From positions 1-32,000 of the forward strand of contig CP059204.1 in NCBI GenBank assembly GCA_014251975.1: 32,000 nucleotides of DNA, written 5' to 3'. The notes below the pieces were generated by a model that ran no database searches, was not told the DNA's origin, and saw nothing but the letters and a program-made list of their open reading frames with translations. Position 1 is the first letter of the stretch, and the number at the start of each line of letters is the position of its first letter. Made by a program: the position numbers and the translations under genes. This document shows positions 1 to 9,538 of the stretch, in pieces. The stretch is from Blattabacterium cuenoti. GTDB lineage: Bacteria > Bacteroidota > Bacteroidia > Flavobacteriales > Blattabacteriaceae.

Positions 1-1239
1 ATGGATAATGAAACTTTAATAGATTCTTTTTCAAACTTTAAATATGAAAAAAATATAGATAAAGTCAATTTTATAGAAATTTTTAAAGAATCTATTCTAT
101 CTGTACTAAAAAAAATATATAATTCTTCTTCTGATAATTATGATATAATAATTAATCCAGATAAAGGTAATTTAGAAATATGGAGATATAGATTAATAGT
201 AAAAAATGGGGAAGTTAATAATATAAATAAAGAAATAGAATTATATTTTGCAAAAAAAATAAAACATAATTTTAAAATTGGAGAAAAAATTAAAGAAAAA
301 ATAGAATTAAAATCTTTAGGAAGAAGAGAAATTTTATCAATTAGACAAAATTTATTATCAAAATTTAATGAATATGATAATACTAATACTTATTTAAAAT
401 TTAAAAAAAAAATAGGTAAAATTATTAATTCAGAAGTATATCATATTCTATCAACATATATTATTGTAAAAGATGAAAATAATAATGAAATGATTTTACC
501 TAAACAAGAACAAATACCTAATGATTTTTTTAAAAAGGGATATCCAGTTAAAGCTCTTATTAAAAAAGTAGTATGGAGAGATAATAAACCTATCGCAATA
601 CTAACTAGAAAAGATGAGAGTTTTTTAGAAGAATTATTTAAATTAGAGATACCAGAAATTTCTGATGGATTAATAATTATTAAAAAAGTAGTTAGGATCC
701 CTGGTGAAAAAGCTAAAATATCTGTAGAATCATATGATGATAAAATTGACCCTGTTGGTTCTTGTGTTGGTATAAATGGTACTAGAATACATCCTATAGT
801 TAAAGAATTAAAAAACGAAAATATAGATATAATTAATTATACATCTAATATTCAACTATATATAACTAGATCTTTAAGTCCAGCTAAAGTATCAATGATG
901 GAAATAAATGAAAAATATAAATATGCTAATGTCTATGTTAAACTAGAGGATATATCTAGAGCTATTGGGAAAAATGGGAATAACATAAAATTAGCTATTT
1001 GTTTAACAGGATATAAAATATATATATTTAAAGATATACAATATGAAGATGATGTAGAATTAATTGAATTTAATGATGAAATTGATAAAAAAATATTAGA
1101 AATTTTTAATAAAGCTGGGTTTAAAACAGCTAAATCAGTATTAAAATATAAAATAAATGATTTAATAAAATATACTAATCTAAATGAAAAAATTATACGT
1201 AAAGTTATTCTTATATTAAAAAATGAATTCGAAGCATAA
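1..1239 (+). CDS. nusA: Transcription termination/antitermination factor NusA
   Basis: 412-aa ORF with ATG at window base 1. The KH-domain signature DPVGSCVGINGTRIHPIVKEL..ENIDII matches the canonical NusA motif DPVGACVG.RG.R...EL.GEKIDI. It lies directly upstream of infB, as in the conserved nusA-infB operon. Confidence 0.9.
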   Translation: MDNETLIDSFSNFKYEKNIDKVNFIEIFKESILSVLKKIYNSSSDNYDIIINPDKGNLEIWRYRLIVKNGEVNNINKEIELYFAKKIKHNFKIGEKIKEKIELKSLGRREILSIRQNLLSKFNEYDNTNTYLKFKKKIGKIINSEVYHILSTYIIVKDENNNEMILPKQEQIPNDFFKKGYPVKALIKKVVWRDNKPIAILTRKDESFLEELFKLEIPEISDGLIIIKKVVRIPGEKAKISVESYDDKIDPVGSCVGINGTRIHPIVKELKNENIDIINYTSNIQLYITRSLSPAKVSMMEINEKYKYANVYVKLEDISRAIGKNGNNIKLAICLTGYKIYIFKDIQYEDDVELIEFNDEIDKKILEIFNKAGFKTAKSVLKYKINDLIKYTNLNEKIIRKVILILKNEFEA

Positions 1240-1296
1240 AATTAAAAATAATAACTTAAAAAAAAATAAAATAATAAATATAAAATAAATACAAAG

Positions 1297-3474
1297 TTGA
1301 ACAAAAAACAAAAAACAAAAAATAATAAACCTGAACATATAAATACTGTTTATCAAAAATTAGATGGAGTTATTTTAACAGGAGATAGAATAGATTTATC
1401 TAAATTTGACAAAAGTAAAAAAACAAAAAAAAGAAAAAGAATAAAACCAGAAATTACATACAATTCAAAAAATTCAAAAAATATACAAAAAAAAAAACCT
1501 AACAAATTTCGTTTCCAAAAAAACTTTGATAATAAAATTAAAAAACATACAAAAAATAAAATTACAGATGAACAAATAGAAAAAAGAATTAAAACTACAT
1601 TTAAAAGGTTATCAAATAAGAATTTTAAATCAAAATATTCAAGAAAAGAAAAAAAACAAAATAAAAAAGAAAAACAACTAAAAAAAAAGATCGAAATAAC
1701 AACAAAAAAAAATGATAATAAAGTAAAAAAAAAATTAAAAGTAGCTGAATTTACAACAGTTAATGAATTATCATCAATGATGAATGTTAATCCCGCTGAT
1801 GTTATAATATCTTGTATGTCTTTAGGTATCATGGTTACTATGAATCAAAGATTAGATTCAGAAATTATTACTTTAGTATCAGATGAATTTGGATATAACG
1901 TAGAATTTGTAGGATTAGAGGTCTCTATTCAAGAAGAAAAAGATTTAGATAAAGATTTAAAACCTAGATCACCTATAATTACTGTTATGGGGCATGTTGA
2001 TCATGGTAAAACTTCTTTGTTAGATTACATTAGAAATACAAATGTTATTGCAGGAGAAGCTGGAGGTATTACACAACATATAGCAGCTTATAATGTAGAA
2101 ATTTCAAATAAAAATAGTATTACTTTTTTAGATACACCAGGACATGAAGCCTTCACAGCTATGAGAGCGAGAGGTACACAAATAACTGATATTGCTATTA
2201 TAGTCATAGCTTCTGATGATAAAGTTATGCCTCAAACTGAAGAGGCTATTAGTCATGCACAAGCAGCTAACGTTCCTATAATATTTGTATTTAATAAGAT
2301 AGATAAACCTAATTTAAATTTAGATAAAATTAAAGAGCAGTTATCAAAATTAAATTTTTTAGTAGAAGAATGGGGAGGTAAATATCCTACTCAAAAAATT
2401 TCTGCTAAGGTAGGAACAGGTATTAAAGAGTTATTAGAAAAAATACTATTAGTATCTAATAGCTTAAATTTAAAAGCTAATCCTAATAAATTAGCTATAG
2501 GTACTATTATAGAAGCATCTTTAGATAAAGGTAAAGGATATATTACTACGGCTTTAGTACAAGGAGGTACTTTAAAAATAGGGGATTATATTTTATCTGG
2601 GAAACATCATGGAAAAGTAAAAAATCTTTTAGATGAAAGAGGTAAACAAATTACTATTGCAGTCCCATCAAAACCAGTAATTATAGTTGGATTAAATGGT
2701 GCTCCTACGGCAGGTGATAAATTTAAAGTATTTAAAGATGAAAGAGAAGCAAAACAACTAGCTAATAAAAGAGAACAATTACAAAGAGAACAATACATAA
2801 GATCTCAAAAACATCTTACTTTAGATGAAGTAGGAAGAAGAATATCTTTAGGAGATTTTAAAGAGTTAAAAATTATTGTTAAAGGAGATGTAGATGGTTC
2901 TGTAGAAGCTATAGCTGATTCTCTTCAAAAATTATCAACTGATAAAATATTAATAAATATTATTTATAAAGGAGTAGGACAAATAACTGAATCAGATGTT
3001 TTATTAGCTACTGCATCAGATGCAATTGTAATAGGATTTAATGTACGTCCTAATATAAATTCTAGAAATATAGCAAAAAAAGAGGATATTGAAATACGTA
3101 TTTATTCTGTAATATACAATATAATTAATGATATAAAAACATCTATAAAAGGTTTGTTATCTCCAGAAATACGTGAAAAAATTTTGGGGAATGCAGAAGT
3201 TAGAGAAATATTTAGAATTCCTAAAATTGGTACTATTGCAGGATGTATGGTAATTGAAGGTAAACTATATAAAAAATCAAAAATTAGATTAATAAGAGAT
3301 GGTGTTGTTATATATAATGGTGAATTTATATCTTTAAAACGTTTTAAAGAAGATGTTAAAGAAGTTAATAAAGGTTATGAATGTGGTATAGGAATAAAAA
3401 ATTATAATGATTTAAAAAATGGAGATATTATAGAGGTTTATGAAAAATTTTCATTAAAAAAAAAAAATAATTAG
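1297..3474 (+). CDS. infB: Translation initiation factor IF-2
   Basis: 725-aa ORF with GTPase motifs G1 GHVDHGKTSLLD, G3 DTPGHEAF and G4 NKID, plus IF-2 C-terminal domains. The first ~150 residues are Lys-rich and low in complexity. The ORF-track start is TTG at 1297, and the first in-frame ATG is at residue 161, so the start is uncertain. Confidence 0.9.
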   Translation: MNKKQKTKNNKPEHINTVYQKLDGVILTGDRIDLSKFDKSKKTKKRKRIKPEITYNSKNSKNIQKKKPNKFRFQKNFDNKIKKHTKNKITDEQIEKRIKTTFKRLSNKNFKSKYSRKEKKQNKKEKQLKKKIEITTKKNDNKVKKKLKVAEFTTVNELSSMMNVNPADVIISCMSLGIMVTMNQRLDSEIITLVSDEFGYNVEFVGLEVSIQEEKDLDKDLKPRSPIITVMGHVDHGKTSLLDYIRNTNVIAGEAGGITQHIAAYNVEISNKNSITFLDTPGHEAFTAMRARGTQITDIAIIVIASDDKVMPQTEEAISHAQAANVPIIFVFNKIDKPNLNLDKIKEQLSKLNFLVEEWGGKYPTQKISAKVGTGIKELLEKILLVSNSLNLKANPNKLAIGTIIEASLDKGKGYITTALVQGGTLKIGDYILSGKHHGKVKNLLDERGKQITIAVPSKPVIIVGLNGAPTAGDKFKVFKDEREAKQLANKREQLQREQYIRSQKHLTLDEVGRRISLGDFKELKIIVKGDVDGSVEAIADSLQKLSTDKILINIIYKGVGQITESDVLLATASDAIVIGFNVRPNINSRNIAKKEDIEIRIYSVIYNIINDIKTSIKGLLSPEIREKILGNAEVREIFRIPKIGTIAGCMVIEGKLYKKSKIRLIRDGVVIYNGEFISLKRFKEDVKEVNKGYECGIGIKNYNDLKNGDIIEVYEKFSLKKKNN

Positions 3475-3476
3475 TT

Positions 3477-5153
3477 ATGTTATATAGAAGCCATAATTGT
3501 GGTGAATTACGAAAAATAGATATTGGTAAAAAAGTTGTTTTATCAGGATGGATTAATAAAATAAGAAATTTAGGTAATATACTTTTTGTAGATATTAGAG
3601 ATTTTTTTGGTATAACACAATTAGTTATATCAAATACTATAATTGAAAAAAAAAAGTTAGGTAAAGAATTTTTAATTAATGTTAAAGGGAAAGTAGTAGA
3701 AAGATATTCTAAAAATTATAAATTACATACAGGAGAAATAGAAATTAATGTTAAAAATATAGTGATTTTAAATAAATCTGTTAAACTACCTTTTATAATA
3801 GATGATAATACAGACGGCACAGAAGAAGAAAGAATGAAATATAGATATCTTGATATTCGTAGAAATTTTATTAAAAATAATTTAATATCACGACATAACA
3901 TAGTTAGAGATATACGATTTTTTTTTTATAAGAAAAAATTTTTAGAAATAGAAACACCTATTTTAATAAATTATACACCTGAAGGTGCTAGAAATTTTTT
4001 AGTTCCATCAAGAAAAAATAAGGGTAAATTTTATTCATTACCTCAATCTCCACAAATATTTAAACAATTATTAATGATAGGAGGAATAGATAAATATTTC
4101 CAAATAGTAAAATGTTTTAGAGACGAAGATTCTAGGTCTGATAGACAAGTAGAATTTACACAAATTGATTACGAAATGTCTTTTGTAAAATCTTCAAATG
4201 TTGTTAATTTTTCAGAAGAATTTATTAAATATTTATTAAAAAAAACAATAAATAAATATAATATTATGCCTTTTATTAGTATATCATATTCACAATCTAT
4301 GGAAATGTATGGTACTACTAATCCAGATATACGTTTTGGTATGATATTTACTAAATTAAATAAACTAAAAACTAATTTTTTTAAAAGAACAGAATTAGTG
4401 ATAGGTATAAAAAAAAATTTAATTTCTTTTAACAAAAAAAAAATTAATTATATTTTAAAAAATTTGAAAAAAAATAATAATACAAATATTTTATGGATAC
4501 AATATACTATAAATAAATCTTTTTTATCTTCTATAGAAGTAAAAGAAAATAATTTACTTAATATAATTTGTAAAAATTTTAGTAATATATCTCCAGGAGA
4601 TATAATATTTATATCTTATGGAGAAAAAAAAGAATCAAGAAATATTTTAAATAAAATACGTTTACGTATTATTAAAATTATTGAAAAAAAAAAATCAAAC
4701 ATTTTACAACCAGTTTGGGTTAAAGAATTTCCAATTTTAGAATGGGATAAAAAAAATAATAAATTTAAATCTGTACATCATCCATTCACAAATCCAAAAA
4801 AAGAAGATATAAATCTTTTGCAAGATAATCCAGAAAAAGTGCGTTCTGATTCTTATGATTTAGTTATAAATGGAATTGAAGTAGCTAGTGGATCAATAAG
4901 AATTAATAATAATAATATACAAAAAATAATTTTCAAATATTTAGGTTTATCAAATAAAGAAATAGAATCTAAATTCGGATTTTTTATAAAAGCATTTAAA
5001 TATGGCACGCCGCCTCATGGTGGTATTGCTTTTGGTTTAGATAGATTAATAAATTTATTAATCTGCAATAAAAATAATATAAAAGATTACATAGCATTTC
5101 CTAAAAATAATTTTGGAAAAGATTTAATGACAAATTCTCCAAATTATTTATAA
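3477..5153 (+). CDS. aspS: Aspartate--tRNA ligase (class II)
   Basis: 558-aa ORF. The N-terminal OB-fold region reads RSHNCGELR...V.LSGW. Class II motif 2 is FRDEDSRSDRQVEFTQIDYEMSF and motif 3 is GTPPHGGIAFGLDRL. The ATG lies 2 nt after the infB stop. Confidence 0.93.
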   Translation: MLYRSHNCGELRKIDIGKKVVLSGWINKIRNLGNILFVDIRDFFGITQLVISNTIIEKKKLGKEFLINVKGKVVERYSKNYKLHTGEIEINVKNIVILNKSVKLPFIIDDNTDGTEEERMKYRYLDIRRNFIKNNLISRHNIVRDIRFFFYKKKFLEIETPILINYTPEGARNFLVPSRKNKGKFYSLPQSPQIFKQLLMIGGIDKYFQIVKCFRDEDSRSDRQVEFTQIDYEMSFVKSSNVVNFSEEFIKYLLKKTINKYNIMPFISISYSQSMEMYGTTNPDIRFGMIFTKLNKLKTNFFKRTELVIGIKKNLISFNKKKINYILKNLKKNNNTNILWIQYTINKSFLSSIEVKENNLLNIICKNFSNISPGDIIFISYGEKKESRNILNKIRLRIIKIIEKKKSNILQPVWVKEFPILEWDKKNNKFKSVHHPFTNPKKEDINLLQDNPEKVRSDSYDLVINGIEVASGSIRINNNNIQKIIFKYLGLSNKEIESKFGFFIKAFKYGTPPHGGIAFGLDRLINLLICNKNNIKDYIAFPKNNFGKDLMTNSPNYL

Positions 5154-5156
5154 TTA

Positions 5157-5654
5157 TTATATTTTTAATGATTCTTGATATTTTATGCTAGATTCTTGAT
5201 ATATATTTATTGCTTTTTTTTTATCATCCCAAGAACCAGTTTTTACTTTTTTATTCTCTAAATATTTATAAACTGAAAAAAAATGTTCTATTTCTTTTAT
5301 TTTATGTTTAGGTATATCGTTTATGTTATTAATAAAATTGTAATTTGGATCAGAAAGTGGTACACAAATTATTTTTTCATCTTGAATATTTTCATCTATC
5401 ATGTAAAAAATACCTACTGGTTTAACTTTTATTAAACAATTTGGAACTGTTTTCTCTGTTAATAAAACTAATGCATCTAATGGATCACCATCCATTGATA
5501 ATGTTTTTGGAATAAACCCATAATCTGTAGGATAAACAATAGTTGAATATAATACTCTATTTAATCTTATAGAATTATATTTATTATCAAATTCATATTT
5601 ATTTCTGCTCCCTTTAGGGATTTCAATTATAACATCAAAGCTAATTTCTTTCAT
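5157..5654 (-). CDS. ppa: Inorganic pyrophosphatase (family I)
   Basis: 165-aa ORF with an ATG start. It carries IEIPKGSRNKYE and YPTDYGFIP.TL..DGDPLDALVL, the family I PPase active-site signature. Confidence 0.92.
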   Translation of the reverse strand: MKEISFDVIIEIPKGSRNKYEFDNKYNSIRLNRVLYSTIVYPTDYGFIPKTLSMDGDPLDALVLLTEKTVPNCLIKVKPVGIFYMIDENIQDEKIICVPLSDPNYNFINNINDIPKHKIKEIEHFFSVYKYLENKKVKTGSWDDKKKAINIYQESSIKYQESLKI

Positions 5655-5911
5655 ATTTTAATCTAACAGTTAAATTTTTAAAAATTTATATTTTTAAAAA
5701 TATATAGTTAATATAAAAAAAAACTACTAATAAAATCCAATTTATAAAACTATATGTATAAAAATTTTTATATAATTACAATATAATTAGCAAAATTTAT
5801 ATTCTCCACTATATATATATTTTTTATATTACTAATTCATACTTTACATATGTATAAAAAAAAATATAGTTTTAAATTTAAAATATAAAAATAATAAATT
5901 CATTTTAAAAA

Positions 5912-7435
5912 ATGAAAATTCTTTCTTTAAATCAAATAAAAAAAATGGATCAATATTATATTGATTCAAAATCAATTTCTTCTATAGAACTAATGGAAAA
6001 AGCAGCAAAAAGTTGTTTTGAATGGATAAAAAAAAATAATTTTTTAAAAAAAAATATTCCTTTTACTATTTTATCAGGTACAGGTAAAAATGGTGGAGAT
6101 GGATTATGTATAGCTAAAAAATTAAATATATATGGTGCTAAAACATATATATATATAATACATATTTCTAATAACTTATCAGATGAATTTTTAATTAAAA
6201 AACAACAGATGTTAAATGAAAAAATAAATTTTTATGATATATATGAAAATAGTAAAATTCCAACTTTTAATAAAAAAAGTTATTTAATAGATACTATTTT
6301 TGGGATAGGATTAAATCGTAATATAGAAAAATTTTGGAGTTATTTTTTCAATTTTATAAATAAAATTAAATTTAAATCAATTATATCTATTGACATACCT
6401 TCTGGAATATTTGTAGAAAAACATAATGATAATTTTAATAGTATAATAAAAGCAACTCATACTTTAACTTTTCAAGTACCAAAAATACCATTTTTTTTAC
6501 CTGATTATGAAAAATATATAGGTAATTGGCATATTTTAAACTTTATGTCTACTAATAAATTTTTAAAAAATGTTAAAACTAAATTATTTTTTATAGAAAT
6601 ATCTAATATAAAAAAAATTATTAAAAAAAGAAAAAAATTTTCACATAAAGGAAATTATGGACATGGATTATTAATAGGTGGTAGTTATGGTATGATAGGT
6701 TCTATGGTACTTTCTGCAAAAGCCTGTTTTAAAAGTGGTATAGGAAAATTAACTGTATATATACCTAATTGTGGATATGATATAATTCAATGTACTATTC
6801 CAGAAGCTATATTAATAACTGATAAAGAAAATTATTTCATTAATAATATAAACTTTATTGAAAAAGTAAATTCAATAGGTATAGGGATGGGTATGGGTTT
6901 AAAAACAAAAACAGTATATGCTGTAGAGTCATTTTTAATATATTGTAATAACAAAAAAAAGAAAAATTTAGTTATAGATGCTGACGCTATTAATATATTG
7001 GGAATAAAAAAAAAATTAATTCATCTTCTTCCGAAAGAAACTATTATTACTCCTCACATAAAAGAATTTAAAAGATTATTTGGTAGTTGGGAAAATGATT
7101 ATCAAAAAATAAATATTTTAAAAAAAAAGTCAAAAGAACATAAAATTTTTATTATACTAAAAGGTGCTCATACAATTATTTCTACACCTGATGGTGAAAT
7201 ATATTTTAATAGTACTGGTAATCCTGGTATGTCAACTGCTGGAAATGGAGACGTATTAACTGGAATAATTGTAGGATTTTTATCACAAGGATATTCTCCA
7301 AAAGAATCATGTATAATATCAGTTTTTTTACATGGATTATCTGGTGATTTAGCCTCTAGTAAATTAGGAGAAGAATCTATAACATCTACAGATGTTATAA
7401 AATTTTTACCTATGGCTTTCAAAAAAATAGTATAA
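5912..7435 (+). CDS. nnr: Bifunctional NAD(P)H-hydrate repair enzyme (epimerase / ADP-dependent dehydratase), YjeF family
   Basis: 507-aa ORF. The N-terminal YjeF_N domain has the motif SGTGKNGGDG. The C-terminal carbohydrate-kinase domain has GGSYGMIGS and GNGDVLTGII. Confidence 0.85.
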   Translation: MKILSLNQIKKMDQYYIDSKSISSIELMEKAAKSCFEWIKKNNFLKKNIPFTILSGTGKNGGDGLCIAKKLNIYGAKTYIYIIHISNNLSDEFLIKKQQMLNEKINFYDIYENSKIPTFNKKSYLIDTIFGIGLNRNIEKFWSYFFNFINKIKFKSIISIDIPSGIFVEKHNDNFNSIIKATHTLTFQVPKIPFFLPDYEKYIGNWHILNFMSTNKFLKNVKTKLFFIEISNIKKIIKKRKKFSHKGNYGHGLLIGGSYGMIGSMVLSAKACFKSGIGKLTVYIPNCGYDIIQCTIPEAILITDKENYFINNINFIEKVNSIGIGMGMGLKTKTVYAVESFLIYCNNKKKKNLVIDADAINILGIKKKLIHLLPKETIITPHIKEFKRLFGSWENDYQKINILKKKSKEHKIFIILKGAHTIISTPDGEIYFNSTGNPGMSTAGNGDVLTGIIVGFLSQGYSPKESCIISVFLHGLSGDLASSKLGEESITSTDVIKFLPMAFKKIV

Positions 7436-7437
7436 GT

Positions 7438-9099
7438 TCATTTTTTATTAAAAAAAAACTTATTATATATTGTTTTTATAAAAATTAAAATTAAGGTTAA
7501 ATAACTTACTACAAATAATACGTCCCCATGTTTAGTATAAAAAGTTTTTTTATTATTGAAAAAAATTTTTTTTAATAAACATCCTTCTTTACCATATGGT
7601 AAAGATGATAAAATATCACCTTTATCATTGATAAAACATGAAATACCAGTATTTGCGGATCTTGCGATGTATTTTCTATTTTCAATAGCTCTCAATCTAG
7701 AATAATACATATGTTGTTTATGTCCTTGAGAGTTACCCCACCATCCATCATTTGTTATTATAATTATCAATTTAGAATTTTTCCTAAAAAATTTAGTAAC
7801 ATATTCACCAAAAATTGATTCATAACATATAATAGCTGCTACGTTAATATTTAAATAATTATGTTTTAATACACATACATTCCCCTTTGTCAAATACATA
7901 ATATTATCTCTAATATTAATAATTTTACTTAATATAGGATAAAGTATTTTTTTATAAGGAAACATTTCTACTCCTGGGACTAATTTTGATTTATTACAAA
8001 ATTTTATATTTTTAGAATAAACTTCTATTTTAACAGCTGAATTAAAACATCTTTTAAATTTTGAATTTTGTTTATCTAAAATATAATTATGTTTATTACT
8101 ATTTTTAGTATGAGGATGATATTCTTTATATAATTCCATACCTGTTATAAAAACTGCTTTAGGAGATGTGGAACTTAATAAGTTTTTAATATTATTAACT
8201 ATTTTACTTTTTATTAAATCTTTTATTAATATTCTATCTCCATTTCCAGGTAAATATGTTTCAGGAGCAATTATAAACATTGTATTTTTAGATATTTTTT
8301 TTTTTATTAGTTTGAATAATTTATTAATTGTATCTTTTGTAGATAATTTATATTTTTGGTTATATGGATCAATATTTGGTTGTAAAATTAATATTTCAAT
8401 AGGTTTGTTTTTATAATATTTATGTTCATAAGAATAAGAATAATATATAATTTTTGAAAAAATAATTATTCCCATAACAAAAATTATTATTATACTAATT
8501 TTTTTAAATAAGTTAAAAATATTGTTATATCTAATAATAGAATCTGCAATTGCAATATTAGTTACCCATATCCATATAGTACCACCTAAAGTACCAGTAT
8601 ATTCATACCATTGAATCCATTTAATTTTACCAGAAAATCCATTACCTAGCGTTAACCATGGCCATGATAAATCCCATTCTAAATGCATTTTTTCGAAAAT
8701 TATCCAAGAGCAAATTAATATAACATATCTTATTATTTCATTTTTTATATATTTTTTTGTAAAAGAATAAAAAGTAAAAACTATTGACATTAAAAAAGAA
8801 TTAAAAATAGATGGTATTAAATAAGCTTCTTCAAATGCATATGTGCCATCTATTCTTTTTGAATAATGTAACCAATATGTAGTACACAAGTTCCATATAA
8901 AAAATGTTATAAAAGAAAATAAAAAAACATATGATATAGATTTATTAAACTTTTTTTCTGAATATAATAAAGGGACAAAAGCAATAAATAAAAATATTGC
9001 ATTTCCTCTTGTAGGCCATCCCAAGCTTAACAATAATCCAGATAATATACTATATAAAAAAAATTTTTTTTTTGTGATATTATAAAAATTTATAAATAA
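7438..9099 (-). CDS. lnt: Apolipoprotein N-acyltransferase; start codon unresolved
   Basis: Multi-pass membrane N-terminal half followed by a C-terminal CN-hydrolase domain. The Glu/Lys/Cys triad contexts are APETY, KSKLVPGVE and AAIICYESIFGEY, and NDGWWG is also present. The ORF-track version (7438..9144) begins at a TTG inside the tmRNA gene. I give only the in-frame part outside ssrA; see findings. Confidence 0.8.
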   Translation of the reverse strand, partial: LFINFYNITKKKFFLYSILSGLLLSLGWPTRGNAIFLFIAFVPLLYSEKKFNKSISYVFLFSFITFFIWNLCTTYWLHYSKRIDGTYAFEEAYLIPSIFNSFLMSIVFTFYSFTKKYIKNEIIRYVILICSWIIFEKMHLEWDLSWPWLTLGNGFSGKIKWIQWYEYTGTLGGTIWIWVTNIAIADSIIRYNNIFNLFKKISIIIIFVMGIIIFSKIIYYSYSYEHKYYKNKPIEILILQPNIDPYNQKYKLSTKDTINKLFKLIKKKISKNTMFIIAPETYLPGNGDRILIKDLIKSKIVNNIKNLLSSTSPKAVFITGMELYKEYHPHTKNSNKHNYILDKQNSKFKRCFNSAVKIEVYSKNIKFCNKSKLVPGVEMFPYKKILYPILSKIINIRDNIMYLTKGNVCVLKHNYLNINVAAIICYESIFGEYVTKFFRKNSKLIIIITNDGWWGNSQGHKQHMYYSRLRAIENRKYIARSANTGISCFINDKGDILSSLPYGKEGCLLKKIFFNNKKTFYTKHGDVLFVVSYLTLILIFIKTIYNKFFFNKK

Positions 9100-9496
9100 T
9101 GGAGTTGGCGGGATTCGAACCCGCGTCCAAACAAACAATGACAAAAGACATCTACATATTTATCCAAAAATAATTTTTTCATTTTTATTTGATTTTTGGA
9201 CCTCATAATAAAAATATAGATTCTTGTAATATTTGGAAAACTTAAGAATCATATGTTTTCCTATCCCTATATTTTATAGTATCTCTAAAAAAAATCAGAT
9301 ATTATAAGGATAAATATCTGAGAGATATTTTGCATCCTAAATGGATAAAAGCTTAACTATTTTTATTAAGCAGCAAAAGCGTATTGTCTGTCGCCATTTA
9401 TAAAATTGTAATGGAAAATTTTACGTGTAATCCACATACAAATACACGATATGCTTTCTATTATCTATTTTTTGCTGTCAATACCTAATCAACCCC
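9100..9496 (-). ncRNA. ssrA: tmRNA (transfer-messenger RNA, SsrA)
   Basis: On the minus strand the 5' end ggggttgattaggtattgacagc pairs with the 3' end ggacgcgggttcgaatcccgccaactcca. This gives an acceptor stem with a G3:U pair (alanine identity) and a T-arm GGGTTCGAATCCC. CCA is not encoded. The internal tag frame ggc gac aga caa tac gct ttt gct gct taa taa (9395..9363) encodes GDRQYAFAA followed by a double stop. This is the only GC-enriched island in a non-protein gap here. Confidence 0.88.
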
Positions 9497-9538
9497 GATT
9501 AAATAAAATTAAGTATTTTTTTTAAGTAAAAAAAATAA

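Noticed and set aside
1353-1832. 159-aa minus-strand ORF rich in Phe, Leu and Ile, antisense to infB
   Set aside because: It is the reverse-complement reading of the poly-Lys (AAA to TTT) region of infB. It has no family resemblance and is a composition artefact.
2607-4435. Short antisense ORFs 2607..2798, 3716..3901 and 4169..4435 (-)
   Set aside because: All lie fully inside well-supported infB or aspS coding sequence on the opposite strand, with low-complexity products and no motifs.
7168-8416. ORFs 7168..7422 (-) and 8168..8416 (+)
   Set aside because: They are antisense to nnr and lnt respectively and have no recognisable motifs. Chance open frames in AT-rich DNA.
9100-9144. First 15 codons of the ORF-track Lnt protein (MSLFVWTRVRIPPTP)
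   Set aside because: This is a translation of the tmRNA T-arm and acceptor sequence (ggacgcgggttcgaatcccgccaactcca), and the 'M' is a TTG. I do not accept it as coding without evidence. See the lnt start finding.
9151-9450. DnaA-box-like 9-mers (ttatccaaa at about 9159-9167, and tgtggatta on the minus strand at about 9430-9438, complement) as a possible origin
   Set aside because: Both are single-mismatch matches lying inside the tmRNA gene. There is no cluster of boxes and no adjacent dnaA or dnaN, so this is coincidence.
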